A stretch of 64,000 nucleotides of DNA from NCBI GenBank assembly GCA_964490125.1, contig CAZBAJ010000001.1, forward strand, positions 67,573-131,572, read 5' to 3'. A model generated the notes under the pieces. It was not told the DNA's origin, ran no database searches, and was given only the letters and a program-made list of their open reading frames with translations. Numbering within the stretch: the first letter of the stretch is position 1; every line of letters starts with the position of its first letter. Below, piece after piece: positions 7,971 through 16,644 of the stretch. A program made the position numbers and the translations under genes. This DNA is from an uncultured Candidatus Saccharibacteria bacterium (GTDB taxonomy: Bacteria; Patescibacteriota; WWE3; UBA101185; UBA10185).

Positions 7971-7997
7971 GATTGGACGGATCTGGAAACTAGAACG

Positions 7998-8076
7998 GGA
8001 TTCCAGAGAGAGAGAGTTAAATGTGCGACAAGATGTTGTCGTCGGTTTAACCTCCTCTCTCCGGAGTCTTTTTTTT
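7998..8076 (+). terminator. Conserved structured hairpin + T8, copy c of repeated element (arms GATTCCAGAGAGAGAGAGTTAAA / TTTAACCTCCTCTCTCCGGAGTC)
   Basis: Same arms and shared loop words (TGTGC, GATGTTGTCGT) as copy at 4625..4710; follows dac stop; T8 overlaps stop codon of convergent small ORF. Confidence 0.6.
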
Positions 8077-8239
8077 ATTTCTCCTTCTCCTTCTGCCAAA
8101 ACTTGATGGTGGAAAGGATACAAAGGCCGGCTATGCCGACCAGCAGAGTCGCCTCTAGCCACCGTCGCTGAGATGCGAGCCAGGCTGACTCTATTAGCGC
8201 CGACACCACCAGCGCTAACGCTAAGATATACTTGACCAT
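8075..8239 (-). CDS. Small two-TM hydrophobic peptide (54 aa, MVKYILALALVVSALIESAWLASQRRWLEATLLVGIAGLCILSTIKFWQKEKEK), not in supplied ORF track (<60 aa)
   Basis: Translated by hand from minus strand; SD AGGGAGG 4 nt upstream of ATG; GC-rich; same TM-charged-TM architecture and same placement relative to hairpin as 4709..4888. Confidence 0.5.
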   Translation of the reverse strand: MVKYILALALVVSALIESAWLASQRRWLEATLLVGIAGLCILSTIKFWQKEKEK

Positions 8240-8310
8240 GGTCCCTCCCTGTTTGACTTAGTCGCTTTTCAAAGCTCCGCGGTTATTATAACAAATATAA
8301 GGAGGAAAGT

Positions 8311-9471
8311 CTATTTTGAGGTTGGCGAACCCGTGTTACTTTCTACAGGCAAGATATAGTCGCCGGAGATGGCGGGGTAGTAAACGGTGAGTTGACCCGC
8401 ACCCCCGCCTACTGTCGTGTAATTTCCCTCAAACACATAAATTGGTTGTAAATACTTTTGCAATTTTGGCGTGTCGTAATAAGCCAGGTAGATACTGTTA
8501 ATTAAAATCTTGTCAATTCTTATTGGCACATACGGTTCAAACGGATTGCCGTCCTTTGCCATAATCCCAGCAATTACGCCCTTGTTTTTATTGACTTCCG
8601 CCCACGCCATGGCAACAGAAATTATCGGGTAAGTAGCGTTTTGGTCTTTTTCTTTGTCCACTAATTCCCATTGATACGCCTCCACCTTGGGGAAAATTAA
8701 CTGCTTGTATTTTGTATCTCTCGGCGTTCCTACCCAAACATGTAACAAACCTTTATACGGGTCCGGTCCTAAGATAGGAAAGCTTTTAAAACCTCTAAAA
8801 AAATCCACCCTAACAATTTGCGTTTCGTAGTCAAAGTTTACGGCGTGAATTTCTCCGCCTACATATTTGCCCAAATACGCTTTAGAAGTTCCTGTGTAGT
8901 ACATTTCTCCAAACCGTCCGGCAGAAACTAGCATGTTTCTGGCTTGGTCTGTTGCGGTGTCAGCCTTTAGTCGTCCAGCAATATAATAATTAGCTTTGCC
9001 AAATAATGGTAGATCTAATTTAATTTCCCGGGTTTTAGTATTGACATCAAGTCGCCCGTTAAAAGTAGGATCTACCCATGAATAAATTGGGTCAGTAGTT
9101 TGACTGATAAAACTGTCGTCATAATAACCTAAAATAGCTCCTGTGCGTTGGGCGTTTTTGCCTGCTTCATAGGAAAAAAGTGGTTGACGGAGTCTAAAAA
9201 CGGGCATTTTATTGGGAAAATCTGTGGGAAGACGACCGTTTTTGGTGTTTAAAATGTACTGCGGGTCCGAATTAGTGATTTTTTTGTATTGAAACTCCGG
9301 CGCGTCAATTTTGCCAAAGAGGGTGGTTGGCAGATCTTTTGGCGGATTAATCATGTAGACGAGTTTTTTGACGGGTGCTTTTAGGGTAACAAAGGCTATG
9401 TATAAGCCCAAAACCGCCACTACGGTAAAAAGAATGCGTTTAAATAGAGCAGATGTTTCTACCAAATTCAC
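8311..9471 (-). CDS. Hypothetical membrane-anchored (signal-anchor) secreted-domain protein
   Basis: N-terminal TM helix then 350-aa non-hydrophobic domain; no recognised catalytic motif. Confidence 0.5.
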   Translation of the reverse strand: MNLVETSALFKRILFTVVAVLGLYIAFVTLKAPVKKLVYMINPPKDLPTTLFGKIDAPEFQYKKITNSDPQYILNTKNGRLPTDFPNKMPVFRLRQPLFSYEAGKNAQRTGAILGYYDDSFISQTTDPIYSWVDPTFNGRLDVNTKTREIKLDLPLFGKANYYIAGRLKADTATDQARNMLVSAGRFGEMYYTGTSKAYLGKYVGGEIHAVNFDYETQIVRVDFFRGFKSFPILGPDPYKGLLHVWVGTPRDTKYKQLIFPKVEAYQWELVDKEKDQNATYPIISVAMAWAEVNKNKGVIAGIMAKDGNPFEPYVPIRIDKILINSIYLAYYDTPKLQKYLQPIYVFEGNYTTVGGGAGQLTVYYPAISGDYILPVESNTGSPTSK

Positions 9472-9517
9472 AAATTTATTATAGCAACAAATTGTGCTGG
9501 TGGTGTAAAATGTTGAT

Positions 9518-10999
9518 ATGACCGAAGATACAAAGTTGGTAAAAACTAGGATGGCACCCAGTCCGACCGGAGAGTTTCATATTGGTGGCATGCGTACACT
9601 GCTTTATAACTACGCTTTTGCCAAGAAAAATCACGGTAAATTTCTTTTAAGGATAGAAGACACAGATCGGGAAAGGTTTGTGGAAGGAGCAATAGAAAGG
9701 GCTTACCAGGTGATAAAAGATTACGGTTTGAGTTGGGATGAAGGTCCGTTAGTAGGAGGTCCAAACGAGCCTTATGTTCAGTCACAGAGACTGGACTTGT
9801 ACAAAAAACACGCTTTAGAACTTGTGGAAAAAGGTCACGCTTATTACTGCTTTTGTACAAAGGAGCGACTTGATGAGATGCGTAAGAAGCAACAGCATGA
9901 GCATTTAAGCGTTACAAAGTACGATCGCCATTGTTTGAGTTTGACCTCGGAACAAGTTGCTGAAAATCTAAAAACGGGTGTATCTTATGTTATACGGATG
10001 AAAGTGCCTTCAGACAGGGCGGTTTCTTATGACGATGTGTTTTTGGGGAAAATTGAGGTACCGTCCAACGACATTGAAGATCAGGTATTGTTAAAATCGG
10101 ATGGATTTCCCACCTACCACCTTGCCGTAGTTGTTGACGATCATTTAATGGGCGTTACCCACATTTTGCGCGGTAGAGAGTGGCTTCCATCTACGCCCAA
10201 ACATGTTTTGTTGTATGAGTTTTTTGGTTGGGATATGCCTATAACAGGTCACTTTCCGGTTTTAAAAGAAGTCGGTTCAACTAAAAAAATGTCTAAACGC
10301 TTTGGGGATGTTGCGGCTACGGACTTTCTAAAAAACGGCTACTTGCCCGAGGCGCTTTTAAACTTCATCATGCTTTTGGGCTGGAACCCCGGCACAGAGC
10401 AAGAAGTATTTTCTTTGGAGGAATTTATTAAGGTTTTTTCGCTTGAACGAATTCATAAAACAGATTTAGTGGCTTTTGATAGGGAAAAGTTATTATGGTT
10501 TAACGGTTACTACATCCGCCAACTATCCGATAGCGATCTTTACGAAAAAATATCTGCGTGGGCAAAAAAGTGGGATACAGATTTGAATTTGGAATTAAAG
10601 GATCGGGAGTTTTCCACTAGAATTTTGGCGCTAATAAAGGACAGAATGAAATTACTTAGCGACTTTAAGGAGCTGTCGACCTACTTTTTTGTAGATCCCG
10701 TGGTTGACACCAAAGCATTCTCTAATCATTCTGGAGAAAAATGGCAAGCTATTTTGCAGGGTTTTGAAAAAGCTTTCTCAGAACTTGAAGAAGGCCGTTG
10801 GAATAAGGAAAATCTAGATAAAATATCGCACCAGGTTTTGGAAGAGCAAGGATTTTCACCAAAAGAGGCGTTTATGACCTTGCGTCTTGCCGTTACAGGA
10901 CAAACTGCTACACCGCCACTTTTTGATGTGCTTGAACTTTTGGGAAAAAGAGAGGTGGGGCGCCGTCTTAAAGTCGTCCTACCAACAAATTCTAATTAG
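9518..10999 (+). CDS. gltX: Glutamyl-tRNA synthetase
   Basis: HIGH-class motif PTGEFHIGG and KMSKR; 493 aa. Confidence 0.9.
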   Translation: MTEDTKLVKTRMAPSPTGEFHIGGMRTLLYNYAFAKKNHGKFLLRIEDTDRERFVEGAIERAYQVIKDYGLSWDEGPLVGGPNEPYVQSQRLDLYKKHALELVEKGHAYYCFCTKERLDEMRKKQQHEHLSVTKYDRHCLSLTSEQVAENLKTGVSYVIRMKVPSDRAVSYDDVFLGKIEVPSNDIEDQVLLKSDGFPTYHLAVVVDDHLMGVTHILRGREWLPSTPKHVLLYEFFGWDMPITGHFPVLKEVGSTKKMSKRFGDVAATDFLKNGYLPEALLNFIMLLGWNPGTEQEVFSLEEFIKVFSLERIHKTDLVAFDREKLLWFNGYYIRQLSDSDLYEKISAWAKKWDTDLNLELKDREFSTRILALIKDRMKLLSDFKELSTYFFVDPVVDTKAFSNHSGEKWQAILQGFEKAFSELEEGRWNKENLDKISHQVLEEQGFSPKEAFMTLRLAVTGQTATPPLFDVLELLGKREVGRRLKVVLPTNSN

Positions 11000-11010
11000 A
11001 TTAGAGACAA
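10987..11010 (+). promoter_or_regulatory. 24-nt motif copy 2 (AAATTCTAATTAGATTAGAGACAA) overlapping gltX stop, upstream of recA promoter TTGACA-N17-TACATT
   Basis: Sequence identity to copies 1 and 3. Confidence 0.5.
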
Positions 11011-11071
11011 CTTGTTGACAAAAGTCTCGCGCTGAAATACATTCACACCATAAATTGCAGAAGGAGGAAAT

Positions 11072-12196
11072 ATGGCACAAAAAGCTGACAAAATTGATAA
11101 GTCGGACAAAGCCGAAAAAAGCGGAAAGGCGCTGGCGTTACAATCAGCGTTAGATCAAATTAAAAAGTCGTACGGTGACGGCTCTATTATGAAGCTGGGC
11201 GACAAAGTATTAGAGAAAGTTGCAGTAATTCCCACGGGTTCTATTGCTTTAGACTTGGCGTTAGGAGTTGGCGGATTGCCAAAAGGCAGAATTATAGAAA
11301 TTTACGGACCGGAATCTTCCGGCAAGACAACCCTGTGCCAGCATATTATTGCGGAGGCTCAAAGAATGGGCGGGACTGCGGCGTTAATTGACGCGGAACA
11401 CGCTTTTGATCCCATTTACGCGGAAAAAACCGGTGTAAACATTAAAGACTTGTTGGTTTCCCAACCGGATACCGGTGAGCAAGGTTTGGAGATTGCCGAC
11501 ACTTTAATAAGAAGCAACGCCGTGGATTTGATTGTAGTGGACAGTGTGGCGGCTTTAGTACCAAAGGCGGAAATAGAAGGTGACATTGGTGACAGTTTTA
11601 TGGCATTGCAGGCCAGACTTATGAGCCAGTCGTTGCGTAGGCTTAGTGGCGCGGTGAGTAGGTCTAACTGCACATTAGTTTTTACCAACCAATTAAGAAT
11701 GAAAATTGGTGTAATGTTTGGTAATCCGGAAACTACTCCCGGTGGACGAGCTTTGCGCTTTTACGCCAGCGTGCGGATGGAGATTAGAAAAATTGAAGAC
11801 ATTAAAGGTGAGGGTCAGGCGACAGGTATAAGATGCAAAGTGACGGTAAGAAAAAATAAAGTGGCACCGCCTTTTAGAGTAGCGGAGTTTGACATTATGT
11901 TTGCCCAAGGAATCAGCAAAGAGGGCAGTTTGCTAGATGTGGGATCGGAGTTTGGGATTATTAAAAAGTCGGGTTCTTGGTACGAGTATAACGGGGAAAA
12001 GTTGGGTCAGGGTAAGGAGTCGGCGCGGGTGTATTTGCGGGAAAATAAAAAGTTGGCCGACGAGTTAGAGAAGAAGATTAGGGAGTTCTCCACCCAAAAG
12101 TCAGAGGAATTTTTGTCTTTGGGACAAGAGGAGAACGGTGGAAAGGGAGGTTCCGATCCGTCTTCGGTTCTCTCGCCAGACTTAGATGAAGAGTAG
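11072..12196 (+). CDS. recA: Recombinase RecA
   Basis: Walker [12 protein letters not shown], conserved L2 region; acidic C-terminal tail; SD GAAGGAGGA. Confidence 0.95.
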   Translation: MAQKADKIDKSDKAEKSGKALALQSALDQIKKSYGDGSIMKLGDKVLEKVAVIPTGSIALDLALGVGGLPKGRIIEIYGPESSGKTTLCQHIIAEAQRMGGTAALIDAEHAFDPIYAEKTGVNIKDLLVSQPDTGEQGLEIADTLIRSNAVDLIVVDSVAALVPKAEIEGDIGDSFMALQARLMSQSLRRLSGAVSRSNCTLVFTNQLRMKIGVMFGNPETTPGGRALRFYASVRMEIRKIEDIKGEGQATGIRCKVTVRKNKVAPPFRVAEFDIMFAQGISKEGSLLDVGSEFGIIKKSGSWYEYNGEKLGQGKESARVYLRENKKLADELEKKIREFSTQKSEEFLSLGQEENGGKGGSDPSSVLSPDLDEE

Positions 12197-12235
12197 CCGT
12201 AGTGCGGTGAAAATCGTAAAGAAAGTTGGTAGTAT

Positions 12236-12466
12236 ATGTTAATGAAGAATAAGCTAACTGGCAGAAGACCAGGTCATATTTATGTAGGCGGTAGATGGCT
12301 TAAGATCGGCTCTGATACAGGTATAGAGACTACTATTCCTGATTACGATGCCCAGTACCTTAAGCGTCTGTTTCGCGAAATTCGAGAAACTAAGCCTTTT
12401 CCACAGCCCCAGGAAGTAGAGTATGAAGGTGCTTGCTCCAGATGTGGGAGAAAAACCTATTATTAA
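12236..12466 (+). CDS. Putative antitoxin partner of PIN protein (uncharacterised 76 aa)
   Basis: Small ORF immediately upstream of and overlapping PIN-domain gene by 44 nt; no recognised DNA-binding motif. Confidence 0.3.
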   Translation: MLMKNKLTGRRPGHIYVGGRWLKIGSDTGIETTIPDYDAQYLKRLFREIRETKPFPQPQEVEYEGACSRCGRKTYY

Positions 12467-12956
12467 GACAGTACTTGACACAAACATTTTGCAATATTTG
12501 CAGAAATCGGTGTTTTCTACGGATTTGGCTGACTTTATTACTAGATTTAGAGAAAGGGATTCTAAACCTAAGATATCGGATATTAGTCTTTGCGAGTTGC
12601 TTTCGGGCTGTAATCACAATCAGGAAGTGGCTTCTTTAAAGATCTTAAATCAGTTTGAAAGGTATTCAATAGATGAGGATATACTGACGGTTGCTGCGAA
12701 ATTACAGAACATCTATCGACTGTTGGGCGTGGAACCAGATCAAGTCAGCTTAGCTGATAGGATAATTGCCGCAACCTCTATAGTAATGGGTGCGGATATC
12801 CTAACCGCAAATGTCAATGACTTTCCGCGTCCGGTATTTAAAGAGAAACACGAGGAGCTGTTTTTATACAGAAAAGGATACAAAACTTGCTTGCAGGTCG
12901 TTCAAATATTGTCGCCAAACTGGGAGTTGGTAGAAAGTTACTTAACAGATGCATGA
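12423..12956 (+). CDS. vapC: PIN-domain ribonuclease (VapC-like toxin)
   Basis: N-terminal VLDTNIL motif and C-terminal ADRIIAATSIVMGADILTANVNDF typical of PIN/VapC. Confidence 0.65.
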   Translation: MKVLAPDVGEKPIIKTVLDTNILQYLQKSVFSTDLADFITRFRERDSKPKISDISLCELLSGCNHNQEVASLKILNQFERYSIDEDILTVAAKLQNIYRLLGVEPDQVSLADRIIAATSIVMGADILTANVNDFPRPVFKEKHEELFLYRKGYKTCLQVVQILSPNWELVESYLTDA

Positions 12957-13503
12957 CGAAATTTATCAAAAAATACTAAACAAGGTGATGTTGTTTTTGT
13001 CGTACCGACCAAGGACAACCCAGGAGGTAAAGCAAAGGTTGGGGAAGTATTTAAAGTCAGAAAAAGATTTAGCGGATCCCCAGTACGACGAGTTAAAAAA
13101 GCAAATTACCCACGAAATTTTGGATTACCTTGATCAGAATAAACTTGTGAGTGACGAGGAGTTTGCCAAACTACTCATTGAGTCCAAAACCAAAGGTAAA
13201 AGTGTCTTGGGCAAGCGCGCAATTTTGGCTAAACTTATGCAAAAGGGCATTAGTAAAAGTGACGCAGGTATGTTTATTGACACTACGGTTTCTACCCAAG
13301 ACGAGCTAACAACCGCGATAAAAGCCCTTATTGCCAGATATAAAATCACCGCCTTTGCCGGGTCTATGCCAGGTCATGCTCTGGAACCCCAGCTTTACGA
13401 CAACCCTAAAACCCGCGGGAATATGGCAAATTACCTTGCTACTCGGGGATTTTCCTACGACATTGCCAAGCAGGCGGTTGACTATTTGCTAAAACGCCCG
13501 TAA
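12949..13503 (+). CDS. recX: Regulatory protein RecX
   Basis: Helical repeats with LSYRPRTTQEVKQRL and KLMQKGISKSDA patterns; position downstream of recA; ATGA overlap with preceding gene. Confidence 0.6.
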   Translation: MHDEIYQKILNKVMLFLSYRPRTTQEVKQRLGKYLKSEKDLADPQYDELKKQITHEILDYLDQNKLVSDEEFAKLLIESKTKGKSVLGKRAILAKLMQKGISKSDAGMFIDTTVSTQDELTTAIKALIARYKITAFAGSMPGHALEPQLYDNPKTRGNMANYLATRGFSYDIAKQAVDYLLKRP

Positions 13504-13545
13504 AATCAGAGTCGCTTATGAAATTCACATTTTTAAGGAGGACAT

Positions 13546-15339
13546 ATGAATACATTACTAATGCTGTTGGTGGCGGTTCTGCTTGCGGTTGTGGCGATTC
13601 TTGCGTTTGTTCTAATAAAAAAGACCAAAAATCTACCCCAACTTCCGTCTAGCTTAAAAAGTTCCCAAGATCAGTTAGTGTTGCAGGGCGACAAATCAGT
13701 GCAGGGCGGTTCGACGGTGCAAAAAATCGACCGAATCGATACAAGTAGTCACCCAGAGCAAAAAGATCGGTTGGGGCAAGGGTATCAAGCAGATCAATAC
13801 AGTCAACCAAGCCACATTAATCAAAGCCAACAAAATCAACCAGTAGACAAAGCTAGCTCTACTGCGCAAGTCAACCAGCCCAACCAACTCAACCAAATTA
13901 ATCAGACTACTCAAGTCAGCCAAGAACAAGTCCAGAGGTTTGTGGACCAGGCAAAGTCTAAAGCCAGGGAAATTATTATCGAAGCCAAGGACGAGGCTAT
14001 TAAAATAAAAAGTTTGGCGGAGTCGGAATCGGCAAAGGTGCGGGGCGAGGTTACCTCGTTAGAAAAAAAAGTGGCGGACAAGCTCACCCAACTAGATACT
14101 AAAGAAAAAGAGTTGGAAGACAAGTCGCAAAAATTAAGTCAAACCCAACAAGAATTACAAAAGAATAAGGAAAAGTTAGATCAGACGGTTACGGAGGCGC
14201 AGGAAAAACTCCAAGCCGTTTCCGGGTTAACTAAAGAGGAGGCAAAAAACCAGCTCCTTGCCAGTGTGGAAAAAGACCTTAAGCAGGAAAAAGGCAAACG
14301 CGTTAAGGAGATGGAGGAGGAAATTAAAAACGAGAGCGACAAGTTGGCGCAGGACATCCTGATTACAGCCATGCGTAAAGGCGCCACGGATCTGGTGGTG
14401 GAGCATACGGTTTCCAAAATTAAATTGCCCGACGATGACATGAAGGGCAGAATCATAGGTAAAGAGGGACGCAATATTAGGACTTTTGAAGAGCTTACGG
14501 GTGTGGATTTGGATATGGATAGCTCGCCCGGCGATATTATGATTTCCTCTTTTGACCCCGTGCGACGGGAAATTGCTAGACTTTCTATGGAAAAACTTAT
14601 TTTGGACGGTAGGATTCAACCTGCTCGAATAGAGGAAATTGTATTGGCGACCCAAAAGGACATGGATCAAATTCTCTTTAAAGAGGGGGAAAATCTGTGT
14701 CATCGGCTTGGGGTTTACAATTTACCGCGAGATATTGTGGCGGTTTTAGGTCGCTTTAAATTCAGGTTCTCTTATGGTCAAAATATGATTGAACACACGC
14801 TTGAGGAAACGCGGATCGGTGTTTCTATTGCCCAAGAAATTAAGGCGGATGTAGAAACGGTAAAAATGGGTTGTTTGTTGCACGACATTGGAAAAGTTAT
14901 TTCCGACGAAGAAGGTACGCATATTCAGCTAGGAGTGGACTTTATTAAAAAGTATAAGCTGTCCGACAAAGTGGTAAACTGCGTGGCGGAACATCACGGC
15001 GACAAGCCCTTTACTTCTATTGAGTCTGCCATTGTTAACTTGGCCGACCACATAAGTGGCGCTCGCCCGGGTGCCAGGAGCGAAGATTACGAGTCGTACA
15101 AAAAAAGAATGGACGACTTAGAAAACGCCGCAACTTCCTTTGACGGGGTAGAAAAAGCTTATGCCATTTCTGCGGGTAGGGAGGTTAGGGTAATTGTAAA
15201 ACCAGAGCGGGTGGATGACGCCACAGCCTCTGTTCTAGCGCGCGAGATTGCTAAAAAGATAGAACTAGAACAAAGTTATCCTGGTGTGGTAAAGGTAACG
15301 GTAATTAGAGAGGTCAGGGTGTCGGAGACGGCTAAATAG
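13546..15339 (+). CDS. rny: Ribonuclease Y
   Basis: N-terminal TM, coiled coil, KH domain (GRIIGKEGRNIRTFE), HD domain (LLHDIGK); contains about 100-aa Q/N-rich low-complexity insert after TM. Confidence 0.9.
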   Translation: MNTLLMLLVAVLLAVVAILAFVLIKKTKNLPQLPSSLKSSQDQLVLQGDKSVQGGSTVQKIDRIDTSSHPEQKDRLGQGYQADQYSQPSHINQSQQNQPVDKASSTAQVNQPNQLNQINQTTQVSQEQVQRFVDQAKSKAREIIIEAKDEAIKIKSLAESESAKVRGEVTSLEKKVADKLTQLDTKEKELEDKSQKLSQTQQELQKNKEKLDQTVTEAQEKLQAVSGLTKEEAKNQLLASVEKDLKQEKGKRVKEMEEEIKNESDKLAQDILITAMRKGATDLVVEHTVSKIKLPDDDMKGRIIGKEGRNIRTFEELTGVDLDMDSSPGDIMISSFDPVRREIARLSMEKLILDGRIQPARIEEIVLATQKDMDQILFKEGENLCHRLGVYNLPRDIVAVLGRFKFRFSYGQNMIEHTLEETRIGVSIAQEIKADVETVKMGCLLHDIGKVISDEEGTHIQLGVDFIKKYKLSDKVVNCVAEHHGDKPFTSIESAIVNLADHISGARPGARSEDYESYKKRMDDLENAATSFDGVEKAYAISAGREVRVIVKPERVDDATASVLAREIAKKIELEQSYPGVVKVTVIREVRVSETAK

Positions 15340-15446
15340 GATTTTGTTTTGGAAGGGAATGTATTGCGAGGATCTGGGCGTCCGCCAAAAGCGGACAGGG
15401 ACCCAGTCCGAGCAAGACTTCCCGACAAAACATCAACGAATAAACT

Positions 15447-16229
15447 ATGAGAATACTATACATCGGCGAAATCGTCGCAAAACTTGGTCGAAAAGCAGTT
15501 AAAGAGGTATTGCCAAGCCTTATTTCTAGTGATAGGATAGACCTTGTTATTGCCAATGCCGAGAATTTGGCTCACGGACGGGGCGCAACCAAGGAGACGC
15601 TCGAGGAGATGATGGCAACGGGTGTAAATTACTTTACAGGTGGCGACCACATTTTTTGGCAAAAGGACTTTGAAGATTACGCCACTGAATTGCCGGTTGT
15701 GTGTCCTGCCAACTATCCGGAACCGGTTGCGGGCAAAACCTACGCCGTTATAGAGACCAAAGAGTTTAAGGTGGCAATATTAAATCTTATGGGCAGAACC
15801 TTTATGAATGAAAACTTTGACAGCCCCTTTCAAAAAATAGATTATTTTCTTAATTCTCTTTTACCTTCGCAAGGGGTGGACGCGCAAAAAGACTTTATCC
15901 TGGTGGACTTTCACGCTGAAGCCTCCAGCGAAAAATTGGCGTTTGCTAATTATGTTGACGGACGGGTGGGGGCGGTTATAGGCTCTCACACGCACATTCC
16001 CACCGCGGATGTCCAGATGTTACCAAAAGGTACCTATTTTGTTAGCGACGCGGGGATGACGGGTTCGGCTGATTCCGTTTTAGGCGTCAAAACCCAAATA
16101 ATTTTAAACAAATATCTTACAGCCAGAAACCAAAAGTTTGAATGGGAAGAAGATGGACGCGCGTGGTTTAGGAGCGTTCTTATTGATACCAAAGCAAAGC
16201 AGATTTCCAGAATTGATAGGCTTGTTTAG
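15447..16229 (+). CDS. ymdB: YmdB-family metallophosphoesterase (2',3'-cyclic-nucleotide phosphodiesterase-like)
   Basis: N-terminus MRILYIGEIVAKLGRKAV and GDH/HTH metallophosphoesterase signatures; conserved rny-ymdB synteny. Confidence 0.75.
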   Translation: MRILYIGEIVAKLGRKAVKEVLPSLISSDRIDLVIANAENLAHGRGATKETLEEMMATGVNYFTGGDHIFWQKDFEDYATELPVVCPANYPEPVAGKTYAVIETKEFKVAILNLMGRTFMNENFDSPFQKIDYFLNSLLPSQGVDAQKDFILVDFHAEASSEKLAFANYVDGRVGAVIGSHTHIPTADVQMLPKGTYFVSDAGMTGSADSVLGVKTQIILNKYLTARNQKFEWEEDGRAWFRSVLIDTKAKQISRIDRLV

Positions 16230-16254
16230 CCTTTGAAAGGGGGTGTATTTTATT

Positions 16255-16530
16255 ATGGCGACAAAATTTGAATTAGTAAATCAGCTTGCCGACAAGGCAG
16301 GTCTTACCAAAGTGGATGCCTCCAAGGCTTTAGATGCGTTGGAAATGATTATTCAGAAGAACCTTTCAAAGGGTGAAAAAGTTACTTGGACTGGTTTTGG
16401 AACCTTTGAAGTAAGACACAGAGCTGCCAGAACAGGCAGGAATCCTCAAACAGGAGCTCCTATGCACATTCCGGCAACTAAGTCCCCGGCTTTTAAAGCA
16501 GGAAAAGGACTTAAGGATGCGGTTAAGTAA
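16255..16530 (+). CDS. hup: DNA-binding protein HU
   Basis: HU fold signature GFGTFEVRHRAARTGRNPQTG; SD GAAAGGGGGTG before ATG 16255. Confidence 0.9.
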   Translation: MATKFELVNQLADKAGLTKVDASKALDALEMIIQKNLSKGEKVTWTGFGTFEVRHRAARTGRNPQTGAPMHIPATKSPAFKAGKGLKDAVK

Positions 16531-16556
16531 TTAACCTAGGGTTTAGTACTTGAGCC

Positions 16557-16596
16557 ACGGAGGGGACGCGCAAGTTGCCCCTCCGTTTTTGTTTTT
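16557..16596 (+). terminator. Rho-independent terminator after hup (9-bp perfect stem ACGGAGGGG/CCCCTCCGT + T5GT5)
   Basis: Read directly. Confidence 0.75.
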
Positions 16597-16644
16597 ACCG
16601 GAGGACTTATTAATGAGGATAATTAGGTTTTGGTACAGTTTGCT

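Noticed and set aside
7944-8162. 72-aa minus-strand ORF over the copy-c hairpin
   Set aside because: It reads through the hairpin. The hand-found 54-aa ORF with an SD (8075..8239) is the better candidate.
12433-12639. 68-aa ORF in alternative frame within the PIN gene
   Set aside because: It is nested in a better-supported PIN-domain frame.
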